Shown: piece by piece, positions 1-7,001 of the stretch
Layout: every line of letters starts with the position of its first letter
Numbering within the stretch: position 1 is the stretch's first letter
Origin: Anaerolineales bacterium
GTDB lineage: Bacteria > Chloroflexota > Anaerolineae > Anaerolineales > E44-bin32
Direction of reading: 5' to 3'
Length of the DNA: 16,702 nucleotides
Assembly (NCBI GenBank): GCA_041624375.1
Contig: JBFJVD010000031.1
Location: forward strand, 1-16,702
Program-made: the position numbers and the translations under genes
The notes under the pieces: model-generated
What the model was told of the DNA's origin: nothing
Database searches by the model: none
What the model saw: only the letters and a program-made list of their open reading frames with translations

Positions 1-1
1 G

Positions 2-508
2 CGCCGCCAGCAGCAGGAAGCTGCTGCCAGCGGGCAGAAGAGCCTCCAGGAGCGCCTCGAAGAACGGTTTGTCACTCGGTCGAATGCGGCTTTTGAAGTC
101 CTGGAGTTCGTCGCCGAAGTCCTCGAGCAGCTTCGCACCGCCGCCTACCCTGAGGACGAAGTCTGGGACTTCGTCCACTGGCTCAATGCCGACGACCGCT
201 GCCCCTGGCAGCTGTTCCCCGATACCAATGAGTACGGCTTGCGGCTCGATGAGTTTCGCCTCCAACACTTCGATTGGAACCACTACGAACTGCCGGAAAT
301 CCGCTGGCTGATCGGCCGCTACCCGAGCGGACAGTACGGACATCTCGCCTGGTGGGCCTTCAAGCGGAAGATCGAAGTACGGCTGCAGTTTGGAGACGAA
401 GACGAGCCGCTGCAGTTTGTCTGTGTGCGCGAGGGGGCCGAGCGTCCGCTGACGGCCCGACTCGATCTCGAGGACCTTTCCCGAGCGCTGATTCAGCTAC
501 ACCCCTGA
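2..508 (+). CDS. 5'-truncated hypothetical protein. The reading frame is open from the window edge and the C-terminal 169 codons are present.
   Basis: Frame 2 is open from nt 2 to a TGA stop at 506-508, so it continues upstream of the ORF-track Met at 239. GC3-rich codon usage is consistent with neighbouring genes. I recognise no family signature. Confidence 0.45.
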   Translation, partial: RRQQQEAAASGQKSLQERLEERFVTRSNAAFEVLEFVAEVLEQLRTAAYPEDEVWDFVHWLNADDRCPWQLFPDTNEYGLRLDEFRLQHFDWNHYELPEIRWLIGRYPSGQYGHLAWWAFKRKIEVRLQFGDEDEPLQFVCVREGAERPLTARLDLEDLSRALIQLHP

Positions 509-646
509 AAGCACCGCCGATCGGGTCTTTTTCTTCAGCGATAGATAAGGGGGGAGAGTTCGTGGGAGAGCTAGGCCGTCCAGGCCGGTTTGCCGCCTGA
601 GGGCCGCAGGGGCACTCAGATCTGCGGCGGCTGGCATCCTGTGAAG

Positions 647-1348
647 CTAACTGTCCGGGGACCGCACCGCCCAGACCCGCCAGCCGCACAGCTCTCCGGT
701 ATCGACCAGATCCACTTCGTAGTCCGCACTGATCCCCTCTGCCGGGTACATGACCTGAACCACGGCGAAAGCCTGGCCCTGGTCCGCCACAAGCATGGTG
801 ATCACCCCGAGTTCGAAGTCCTGCAGCCCAGAGAGGCTCCCGGCGAACCGGTCGGGGTCGCCGGCGTACACGTTCTGCTGGTAGTTTGTGGCCAGCAGCT
901 CCCATGCCGCCAGGTAGTCGGCGTTTCGTATTGATTCAAAGAAGCTGCGCGCGGCCTGGTCGGGGGTCGCCATCGCAGTGCAGGCGGTGACCGGTATGCC
1001 TTGAAGTGCGTCCTCCGGTGCAGGTTCCGCCGCCTGCGAGTCCAGGGCCAGCTCGCTGGCGGCGCCGGCCGCATTCGTCGCCAACGGCAGGGCCTGAAAC
1101 GGGTTGATCGCCACAGCGGCCAGAAAAAGCAGGCCGCCAAGAATGACCCCACCGATCCCGACGAGGAGCCAGCGGCGGTCGAAGGGAAGCGAGAAACGGC
1201 GTTTCGGCTCGAGCTCTGGGAAATCGTGCTTGAAGGCGAAGAGTACGGGCAGGAGGAGACCCGATGGAGGGAGCAAGTACCCGCAGGCAAGCGCAGCCAG
1301 CATCCCGAGCAGGAGATGAGATCGGTGTTTGGCCACCCATCTTCGCAT
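647..1348 (-). CDS. Hypothetical integral membrane protein: two N-terminal TM helices plus a soluble C-terminal domain.
   Basis: 233-aa ORF with hydrophobic stretches LLLGMLAALACGYLL and LLVGIGGVILGGLLFLAAVAI. A good SD is present on the minus strand: the reverse complement of 1349-1370 reads aaggagaagg, 8 nt before the ATG. Confidence 0.6.
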   Translation of the reverse strand: MRRWVAKHRSHLLLGMLAALACGYLLPPSGLLLPVLFAFKHDFPELEPKRRFSLPFDRRWLLVGIGGVILGGLLFLAAVAINPFQALPLATNAAGAASELALDSQAAEPAPEDALQGIPVTACTAMATPDQAARSFFESIRNADYLAAWELLATNYQQNVYAGDPDRFAGSLSGLQDFELGVITMLVADQGQAFAVVQVMYPAEGISADYEVDLVDTGELCGWRVWAVRSPDS

Positions 1349-1498
1349 CGAGTTGACCTTCTCCTTAATATCTGGCGCGCGTCATCACGCTGGATGGATG
1401 CTGAGCCCTCCTCCGGTCGATGGACTGTGTTGAAGTGAACGGGAGGTGTGCCCAGTTGTTACGCAGGAGGGTGTGGCCGGACCCTAACCTGCGGTCGT

Positions 1499-1531
1499 CT
1501 TCTCCGGTCCGGTCGTGAGCGGCCGGAGAAG
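1499..1531 (-). other. GC-rich stem-loop (9-bp stem cttctccgg/ccggagaag) immediately 3' of the DUF1232 gene on the minus strand. No U-tract.
   Basis: Inverted repeat read directly from the sequence at 1499-1507 and 1523-1531. It lies between two minus-strand genes. Confidence 0.25.
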
Positions 1532-1535
1532 GTCG

Positions 1536-1895
1536 CTATGGGAAAGGCGGCTGCGAGCCGGGTGCGTCTTCGTCCGCCTCCTCCTCCTTCCAGGCGACAT
1601 CGATCACGGTTTCACCCTTGAGGGCGCGCCGATGCTCCTCCACGATAGCCGGGGGGCACAGCTCAACGAAGAGATACGCGCCAAGCCAGATCACGGCCGC
1701 ATCGTCAACCGGGCCGGGCGCCAGGTCGGGGACGAAGAGGTAGATCAGCGAACCAAGGGGCAGCAACTTCAGCAACGGAGAAATGCGCCGATCGGCCATG
1801 AGGCGCAGGATGAGTTTCACCCGATTCGAAAGCTCATCGAAGATCCCGCTGTTGTCACGCGGTGCCAGGTTGCGAGAGGGCGGACGATCCGACAT
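1536..1895 (-). CDS. DUF1232 / YkvA-family small membrane protein.
   Basis: The 119-aa product carries the characteristic motif ...LIYLFVPDLAPGPVDDAAVIWLGAYL (the hallmark P-D-x-I/L-P-x-x-G-x-x-DD core of DUF1232). An SD (aaggag) sits 4 nt upstream on the minus strand. Confidence 0.7.
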   Translation of the reverse strand: MSDRPPSRNLAPRDNSGIFDELSNRVKLILRLMADRRISPLLKLLPLGSLIYLFVPDLAPGPVDDAAVIWLGAYLFVELCPPAIVEEHRRALKGETVIDVAWKEEEADEDAPGSQPPFP

Positions 1896-1975
1896 AGCAC
1901 TCCTTTCCGAGTGCGGATTATACCGCGCCAGGGTCCCGCGCCGCGGCAGCGAGCACGTTGGCGAGGTAGTCCGTT

Positions 1976-2010
1976 GGTCCCTGTGTTAGAATCGCCACCA
2001 ATCAGGGACC
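1976..2010 (+). promoter_or_regulatory. Putative moaA promoter: an extended -10 (TGt-TAGAAT, 1984-1992) embraced by an 8-bp inverted repeat, ggtccctg at 1976-1983 and cagggacc at 2003-2010.
   Basis: The -10-like hexamer TAGAAT with an upstream TGn lies about 55 nt before the moaA ATG. The IR arms flank the -10 and the predicted transcription start, which is an operator-like arrangement. No convincing -35 is present. Confidence 0.35.
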
Positions 2011-2047
2011 GCCGCCGGCGGTCGACGCATCAACTGCTCGCAAACCG

Positions 2048-3091
2048 ATGACTGAACCTTCGCACACCGCTTCTGAAATACCAGATGCACCAACCGATCA
2101 GCTGGGCCGGGGGGTGCACGACTTGCGCATCTCGGTGACCGACCGCTGCAATTTCCGCTGCGTGTATTGCATGCCGAAGACGGTCTTCGGTCGCGAGTAT
2201 TCCTTCCTGCCGCGTGAAGCGTTGCTTACGTTCGAGGAAATCGAGACTCTGACCCGCATTTTCGTCGACCTCGGGGTTCGCAAAGTCCGCCTGACCGGCG
2301 GTGAACCGCTGCTCCGCCAGGACATCGAAGTGCTGGTTGAGATGCTCGCCGCGATTCCGGGAGTCGAGGACCTGACGCTGACGACGAACGGCGCGCTGCT
2401 CGCTCGCAAGGCGAAGCGGCTGAAGGCGGCTGGGCTGGACCGGGTGAGCATCAGCCTGGATTCGCTGAACGATGCGATTTTCATGGCGATGAACGATGTC
2501 GATTTCCCGGTATCCCGGGTGCTCAAGTCCATCGATGCCGCCGCGGCGGCCGGGTTGACGCCGATCAAGATCAATATGGTCGTGAAGCGGGGTGTGAACG
2601 ACCAGGACGTGCTGCCGATGGCGCGCCATTTCCGCGGCAGCGGACACGTGCTGCGCTTTATTGAGTACATGGATGTGGGTTCGACGAACGGCTGGCGCCT
2701 GACCGATGTGCTGCCGGCGCAGGAAATCCTGGCGCGCATCCACAAGGAGTTCCCCCTCGAGCCGCTCGACCCCAATTACCGTGGCGAGGTGGCCAACCGC
2801 TACCGCTATCGGGACGGCAAGGGCGAGATCGGCCTGATTGCGTCCGTGAGTCAGCCGTTTTGCAGCGACTGCACCCGGGCGCGTGTCTCCGCCGAAGGCA
2901 AGCTTTTCACCTGCCTGTTCGCCATCCATGGCCACGACCTGCGCCAGCTCCTGCGGACCGGGGCGAGCGAGGCGGACATTCGGGAAACCGTAGCAGCCAT
3001 CTGGGGGCGCCGCGACGACCGCTATTCTGAACTGCGCACCGAAGCCACCGCGGCGTTGCCAAAAGTTGAGATGTCGTATATCGGCGGCTGA
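2048..3091 (+). CDS. moaA: GTP 3',8-cyclase MoaA (molybdenum cofactor biosynthesis, radical SAM).
   Basis: The N-terminal radical-SAM motif CNFRCVYC (CxxxCxxC) is present, as is the GGEPLL glycine-rich SAM motif. The C-terminal second-cluster cysteines [18 protein letters not shown] match the MoaA auxiliary [4Fe-4S] site. The 347-aa length fits. Confidence 0.95.
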   Translation: MTEPSHTASEIPDAPTDQLGRGVHDLRISVTDRCNFRCVYCMPKTVFGREYSFLPREALLTFEEIETLTRIFVDLGVRKVRLTGGEPLLRQDIEVLVEMLAAIPGVEDLTLTTNGALLARKAKRLKAAGLDRVSISLDSLNDAIFMAMNDVDFPVSRVLKSIDAAAAAGLTPIKINMVVKRGVNDQDVLPMARHFRGSGHVLRFIEYMDVGSTNGWRLTDVLPAQEILARIHKEFPLEPLDPNYRGEVANRYRYRDGKGEIGLIASVSQPFCSDCTRARVSAEGKLFTCLFAIHGHDLRQLLRTGASEADIRETVAAIWGRRDDRYSELRTEATAALPKVEMSYIGG

Positions 3092-3114
3092 GCGCGCAAG
3101 CCACCTGGTGACGT

Positions 3115-3888
3115 GTGATGAGCATGAATGCAACCAACCCTGAAGGCAGGGAGACCCTGCCGGAGACGATCGACACCGTTATCTTCGACCTTGACGGGAC
3201 GCTGCGGCACAACGAGCCCTCCGGCATCGCCACCTTTCAGGAATTCGCCGCCGAGCTTGGCGTTCCGTCGGATTCTGATCAGCGCAGGTCTGCCGAGCGC
3301 TGGCTCTACCGCTACTGGGCTGACTCAGAAGACCTGAACCGGGACCGGGCGCACACGGCCGACGATGAGCGGAAGTTCTGGCTGATCCACGCGGCGCGTC
3401 ACCTGCAGTTGCTGGGCGCGCCCGATGAGAAGCTCGAAGAACTGGCGGATGCGCTCGTGCGCCGCATGCAGGAAGAATACGAATTCGTCGACCACGTCCC
3501 ATCCGACGTGCCGGTGACGCTCCGCCAGCTGAGTCGAATGGGCTACCGGCTCGGCCTGCTCTCCAATCGCCACGAACCGCTCGACGAACTGGTGCGGGCG
3601 ATCGGCCTCGACAACCACTTTGGGCTGACGCTCGCGGCGGGCGAAGTCGGCTGGTGGAAGCCCGACCCCCGGATCTTCCAATTCGCGGCCCAGCGGATCG
3701 GCTCGCAGCCGGCGCACACGCTCTATGTGGGCGACAATTACTACGCCGACATCCTGGGCGCCCGCAGCGCGGGGATGCCGGCCGTGCTGGTGGATCCTGG
3801 CAACCTCTTCCCCGAAGCCGATTGCCCCATCATCCGACGCATTGGCGAACTCCCGTCGTTGCTCAACGGTGGGGGCCGCACCGACTAG
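3115..3888 (+). CDS. HAD-superfamily hydrolase (subfamily IA-like phosphatase). The track start is GTG at 3115; in-frame ATGs at 3118 and 3124 are alternative starts.
   Basis: HAD motif I VIFDLDGTL (DxDGT) and motif IV GDNYYADILGARSAGM are present. The gene lies 24 nt downstream of moaA and may be co-transcribed with it. Confidence 0.85.
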   Translation: MMSMNATNPEGRETLPETIDTVIFDLDGTLRHNEPSGIATFQEFAAELGVPSDSDQRRSAERWLYRYWADSEDLNRDRAHTADDERKFWLIHAARHLQLLGAPDEKLEELADALVRRMQEEYEFVDHVPSDVPVTLRQLSRMGYRLGLLSNRHEPLDELVRAIGLDNHFGLTLAAGEVGWWKPDPRIFQFAAQRIGSQPAHTLYVGDNYYADILGARSAGMPAVLVDPGNLFPEADCPIIRRIGELPSLLNGGGRTD

Positions 3889-3910
3889 CATCCTTCGATT
3901 GCAGTCTTCA

Positions 3911-3928
3911 AGTGCGGAGCTCCGCACT
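3911..3928. repeat. Perfect 18-bp palindrome AGTGCGGAGCTCCGCACT, 23 nt after the HAD stop codon.
   Basis: Read directly from the sequence; it is self-complementary around GAGCTC. No following T-tract is present, so it is either a weak terminator hairpin or a dimeric protein-binding site. Confidence 0.3.
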
Positions 3929-4067
3929 GTTCGCGAGGTGTCACGCCGGGTTGAGCAAGCCCGTGTGCCGCCAATTTGGCAGGACGAATCGGCGGACAGA
4001 GACTGCGGCGATGGCAGCGCCCGAGGCAACTCCTTAGGCCGAGCCGCACCCGTAGCGCGATCGTAGA

Positions 4068-4096
4068 TTGACAGCCGCCCTGGGCGCGTCTATACT
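4068..4096 (+). promoter_or_regulatory. Near-consensus sigma70-type promoter: TTGACA (4068-4073), 17-nt spacer, TATACT (4091-4096).
   Basis: Exact -35 consensus, optimal 17-bp spacer and a 5/6 match to the -10 consensus. It sits in the most AT-rich intergenic stretch of the window, about 140 nt upstream of the SWIM gene. Confidence 0.6.
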
Positions 4097-4129
4097 CTCA
4101 TACAAGAACGAGAGGGAGGACATACCCGT

Positions 4130-4171
4130 ATGAGGGATGTCAGCACAACTGCAAAAAGGCGGCCGTTCTAG
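4130..4171 (+). CDS. 13-codon upstream ORF (MRDVSTTAKRRPF*). It is a candidate leader peptide or small protein.
   Basis: A strong SD (AGGGAGGA, 4113-4120) lies 9 nt before the ATG at 4130. The TAG stop at 4169-4171 abuts the 5' arm of the terminator hairpin. It is too short for the ORF track. Confidence 0.3.
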   Translation: MRDVSTTAKRRPF

Positions 4172-4209
4172 GGCACGGGGTCGTGGAGACCCGCGTGCCT
4201 TTTTGTTTC
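4172..4209 (+). terminator. Intrinsic (rho-independent) terminator/attenuator: GC stem GGCACGGGGTC-gtgga-GACCCGCGTGCC followed by TTTTTGTTTCT.
   Basis: An 11-12-bp GC-rich stem with one bulge, followed directly by a T-rich tract. It lies between the consensus promoter and the SWIM gene start, a leader-terminator arrangement. Confidence 0.6.
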
Positions 4210-4237
4210 TCACCGTTTAATCGCTCAAGGAGGCGCG

Positions 4238-4483
4238 ATGGACTACGGAATGATTGGCAAAATCGAAAAAGCGAAACGGTACGCGGAAGAGCGAGACCGC
4301 ATTCGGTTCGAGAGCTTCCGCGCCACCTTTAACGGTGAAAACAATCCACACACCGTCAACTACACCGATGGTGTCTGGTCTTGCGATTGCGACTTCTTTA
4401 TGACCCGTGAGGTCTGCAGCCACACCATGGCGCTGGAGCGGATTCTGGAGCACATGATTCCGACTCCGGCCGAAGTCGCCTGA
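4238..4483 (+). CDS. Small (81-aa) stand-alone SWIM-type zinc-finger protein.
   Basis: CxCx(n)CxH signature: WSCDCDFFMTREVCSHTMAL (C59-x-C61-x11-C73-x-H75). An SD (AAGGAGG, 4227-4233) precedes the ATG. Codon usage is visibly AT-shifted (aaa, gaa, att, ttt, aat) relative to neighbours. A strong terminator follows. Confidence 0.75.
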   Translation: MDYGMIGKIEKAKRYAEERDRIRFESFRATFNGENNPHTVNYTDGVWSCDCDFFMTREVCSHTMALERILEHMIPTPAEVA

Positions 4484-4501
4484 CCCGATTGCGGCTGGTC
4501 G

Positions 4502-4540
4502 CCGGGCGCAGGGTGCACCCTGCGCCCGGTTTTTCTTTTC
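4502..4540 (+). terminator. Intrinsic terminator: a perfect 28-nt palindrome CCGGGCGCAGGGTGCACCCTGCGCCCGG followed by TTTTTCTTTTC.
   Basis: A 12-bp perfect GC stem with a 4-nt loop and a T-tract, 19 nt after the SWIM gene stop. Confidence 0.8.
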
Positions 4541-4548
4541 GGACTGCG

Positions 4549-4557
4549 TGGTAGAAT
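4549..4557 (+). promoter_or_regulatory. Putative extended -10 promoter (TGg-TAGAAT) for the UPF0104 operon.
   Basis: It has the same TGnTAGAAT form as the element upstream of moaA. It overlaps the ORF-track ATG at 4556, which argues that the real start is downstream (GTG 4607). Confidence 0.35.
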
Positions 4558-4606
4558 GCAGCCGCCGGCGGGGTGGTGGTCGCCCCGCCGTGTGCATGGA
4601 GTGCCT

Positions 4607-5620
4607 GTGAAGCGCTGGCAGTTCTGGCTCGGACTGCTCGTCAGCGGTGTCTTTCTGTGGCTGGCGCTGCGCGGCTTGCAGCTGGAGGATGTCTGGCAGG
4701 CGCTCCGGGGGGCCAATTACCTGTGGCTCTTCCCCGGAGTGGGCGTCTATTTCCTTGCCGTCGGGGCACGCGCCTGGCGCTGGCACTACCTGCTGCGGCC
4801 GGTGAAACCGATCCCCACGCGCACCATGTTCCCCGTCGTCGCCATCGGTTATATGGGCAACAACATCTACCCGGCCCGCGCCGGAGAGCTGCTGCGCGCC
4901 TACATCTTGCGCCGCCGCGAAGGCGTGCCCGCCTCCGCTTCGCTGGCCACGATCATTGTCGAACGGGCCTTCGATGGGGTGGTGATGCTCGCTTTTGTCT
5001 TCCTCAATCTGCCGGAACTCGCCCGGCTGACAGCCAATTCGGGCTTTGCCGGCAGCATCCAGACCGTGGCGCTGTGGGGCGCACTGGGCTTTTCGGCTGC
5101 GGTCGTCGCTTTCCTCATAATGGCCGCCTTCCCGCAGCCGTCGCTCCGCTGGCTGGCGTTTCTGGTCCGGCGGCTGCTGCCCGAACGATTCCAGCCCCAG
5201 GTCCTGGGTGTAGCCGAACGATTTCTGGGCGGCTTGGCTTCCCTGCGTTCGCCGAAAGACGTGGCGATGGTGCTGATCACCTCCATCATCATCTGGCTGC
5301 TGGAGACCGGGAAGTACTGGCTCGTGATGCTGGCCTTCCCCTTTGAGGTCAGCTTCTTTGCGCTCATGCTCATGAACGGGATCGTCAATCTGGCGACGAC
5401 CATCCCCTCTGCGCCGGGTTACATCGGCACCTTTGACGCCCCGGGCATTGCAGTGCTCGAAGCCTACGGCGTTCCGAGTCCGCTCGCCGCCGGCTACACG
5501 TTGGTGCTCCACGCGGCGCTCTGGCTGCCGATCACGGTCCTGGGGGCCTACTACATGGCGCGTGAGAGCCTGAGCTGGGAGCAGGTCCGCGCCGAGATGC
5601 GGCAGGAAGCGCCGGCGTGA
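4607..5620 (+). CDS. UPF0104 / lysylphosphatidylglycerol-synthase-TM-like (flippase-like domain) integral membrane protein. The ORF track starts at ATG 4556; I favour GTG 4607, which has GGAG 5 nt upstream.
   Basis: The product is polytopic (more than 7 hydrophobic helices). It carries the conserved PF03706-type motif IGYMGNNIYPARAGELLRAYIL and a C-terminal block NLATTIPSAPGYIGTFDAP. Its stop overlaps the start of the next gene (GTGA). Confidence 0.75.
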   Translation: MKRWQFWLGLLVSGVFLWLALRGLQLEDVWQALRGANYLWLFPGVGVYFLAVGARAWRWHYLLRPVKPIPTRTMFPVVAIGYMGNNIYPARAGELLRAYILRRREGVPASASLATIIVERAFDGVVMLAFVFLNLPELARLTANSGFAGSIQTVALWGALGFSAAVVAFLIMAAFPQPSLRWLAFLVRRLLPERFQPQVLGVAERFLGGLASLRSPKDVAMVLITSIIIWLLETGKYWLVMLAFPFEVSFFALMLMNGIVNLATTIPSAPGYIGTFDAPGIAVLEAYGVPSPLAAGYTLVLHAALWLPITVLGAYYMARESLSWEQVRAEMRQEAPA

Positions 5621-6993
5621 TCCGGGTGGCCGTCGTCGGCGCCGGCGCCGGCGGCCTTGCCGCGGCCCACGATCTCGTTCGAGCCGGCTGTAGCGTTACC
5701 ATCTTCGAAGCCGACGATCAGGTCGGCGGCCTGGCGAGTGGCTTCAGGCAGCCCCGCTGGGACTGGACGGTCGAGAAGTACTACCACCACTGGTTTGCCA
5801 GCGATCGGGACGTGCTGGGCCTGATCGAGGAGCTCGGCTGGTCCGAGCAGGTGCTCTTCCCATGGCCGGTCACAGCCGTCTATTATGAGGGCGCCTTCTA
5901 TCCGCTGGACGGCCCGCTTTCGCTCGTCGTTCCCGCGCTTCCCTGGCTCGATCGCCTCCCTGGCGCTGGGATGCTCGCTCGCGTGCTCCATTTGCTTCGC
6001 TTCCCGGGGCTTGGTGCGTTCGACACCCTGCGCGCCGGGCTGGTGGGCCTCTACCTCACCCTTACCGGGAATTGGCGGCCGTTCGAGCGTGTGACCGCAG
6101 ACGCCTGGCTGCGCAGGACCATGGGCGAGCGCGTCTACAAGGTGCTTTGGGAACCGCTGCTGGTCGGCAAGTTTGGCCCCTACTACCAGCAGGTCAATAT
6201 GGCCTGGTTCTGGGCGCGGGTCAAGGCGCGCACCGCCCGCCTGGGTACATTCGAAGGCGGCTTTCAGGCTTTTATGGATGCGCTCGCCGCGCAGGTTCAG
6301 GCGGAAGGAGCGAAGCTGCTGCTGCGGACTCCGGTCGAGCGCATCGAACCACTCGAAGACGGCCGGCTGATGGTCCGCTTCAGCGGCAGCGAAGAGAGCT
6401 TCGACCACTGCCTGGTGACCCTCTCGCCGCGCTTGATGGCGCGAATGGCGCCTTCCCTGCCCGAGAGCTACCTGGAAGGGCTGTTCGGCCTTCGTTCGAT
6501 GGGCGCCGTTGTGATGCTGCTGGCCCTGAAGCACCGGCTGTCCGAGCAGGGTGTCTACTGGCACAACTTGCCCAAATCGGCCGGCTTTCCCTTCCTGGCG
6601 CTGGTCGAGCACACCAACTATCTCTCGCCGGCGTTCTTTGGCGGCGACCATCTCGTCTACTGCGGCGACTACCTGGATCCAGACCATGAGTACTTCCGCC
6701 TGACCAAAGAGGAATTGCTCGAGCGCTTCATGCCCGCGCTCAAGCGGGTGAACCCCAAATTCCGCCCGGATTGGGTGCGAGACGCCTGGCTCTCGCGTAC
6801 ACCCTATGCGCAGCCGGTCCCGCCGCTGAACCACTCGCGGCATATCCCTCCCTTGAAGACGCCCATCCCGGGACTTTGGATGGCGAACATGAGTCAGGTC
6901 TACCCCTGGGATCGGGGCACGAACTTTGCCGTGGAAATCGGCCGCCGCGCCGCACGTGAGATCCTGGCCGCGCGCACTGAGCGCCGGGCCTGA
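5617..6993 (+). CDS. FAD/NAD(P)-binding flavoenzyme of the amine-oxidase / UDP-galactopyranose-mutase / HpnE-like fold (458 aa). It uses a GTG start and is translationally coupled to the upstream gene.
   Basis: The N-terminal Rossmann dinucleotide motif VAVVGAGAGGLAAAHDL...VTIFEADDQVGGL is present. YYHHWFASD resembles the UGM motif YGPHIFHTD (as I recall it). The C-terminal WMANMSQVYPWDRGTNFAVEIGRRAA is typical of this fold's FAD-binding tail. Confidence 0.75.
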   Translation: MIRVAVVGAGAGGLAAAHDLVRAGCSVTIFEADDQVGGLASGFRQPRWDWTVEKYYHHWFASDRDVLGLIEELGWSEQVLFPWPVTAVYYEGAFYPLDGPLSLVVPALPWLDRLPGAGMLARVLHLLRFPGLGAFDTLRAGLVGLYLTLTGNWRPFERVTADAWLRRTMGERVYKVLWEPLLVGKFGPYYQQVNMAWFWARVKARTARLGTFEGGFQAFMDALAAQVQAEGAKLLLRTPVERIEPLEDGRLMVRFSGSEESFDHCLVTLSPRLMARMAPSLPESYLEGLFGLRSMGAVVMLLALKHRLSEQGVYWHNLPKSAGFPFLALVEHTNYLSPAFFGGDHLVYCGDYLDPDHEYFRLTKEELLERFMPALKRVNPKFRPDWVRDAWLSRTPYAQPVPPLNHSRHIPPLKTPIPGLWMANMSQVYPWDRGTNFAVEIGRRAAREILAARTERRA

Positions 6994-7001
6994 GCCGCAC
7001 G

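Noticed and set aside
598-620. Short inverted repeat ctgag...ctcag in the convergent gap between the first two genes
   Set aside because: The stem is only 5 bp and has no U-tract, so it is too weak to call a terminator.
1349-1535. Possible tRNA or small RNA in this and other larger intergenic gaps (also 3889-4067 and 12357-12526)
   Set aside because: No cloverleaf-compatible segments were seen by eye (no GTTC-RA T-loop with a matching acceptor stem). These gaps contain only simple hairpins or GC-rich spacer.
1996-2047. Possible Moco riboswitch upstream of moaA
   Set aside because: The leader is only about 50-55 nt, far too short for the roughly 130-nt Moco RNA motif, and no conserved Moco-motif helices are evident.
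2030-3133. 367-aa minus-strand ORF exactly antisense to moaA
   Set aside because: The + strand carries unmistakable MoaA radical-SAM and C-terminal Fe-S motifs. Long antisense ORFs are expected in GC3-saturated DNA, and the antisense product is Arg/Ala-rich low-complexity sequence.
4556-4606. ATG 4556 as the start of the UPF0104 protein (ORF-track start)
   Set aside because: It lies inside the terminator-proximal TGnTAGAAT promoter-like element and only 16 nt after the terminator U-tract, and it has no SD. GTG 4607, with GGAG 5 nt upstream, gives a protein beginning just before the first TM helix.
4217-5512. 431-aa minus-strand ORF antisense to the SWIM and UPF0104 genes. The same applies to the ORFs at 5551-6843, 3325-4029, 7077-8048, 7858-9273 and 9510-10223 (all minus strand).
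   Set aside because: Each overlaps a + strand gene that has clear family motifs and SDs. The antisense translations are Arg/Pro/Gly-rich with no domains, so they are GC-driven artefacts.
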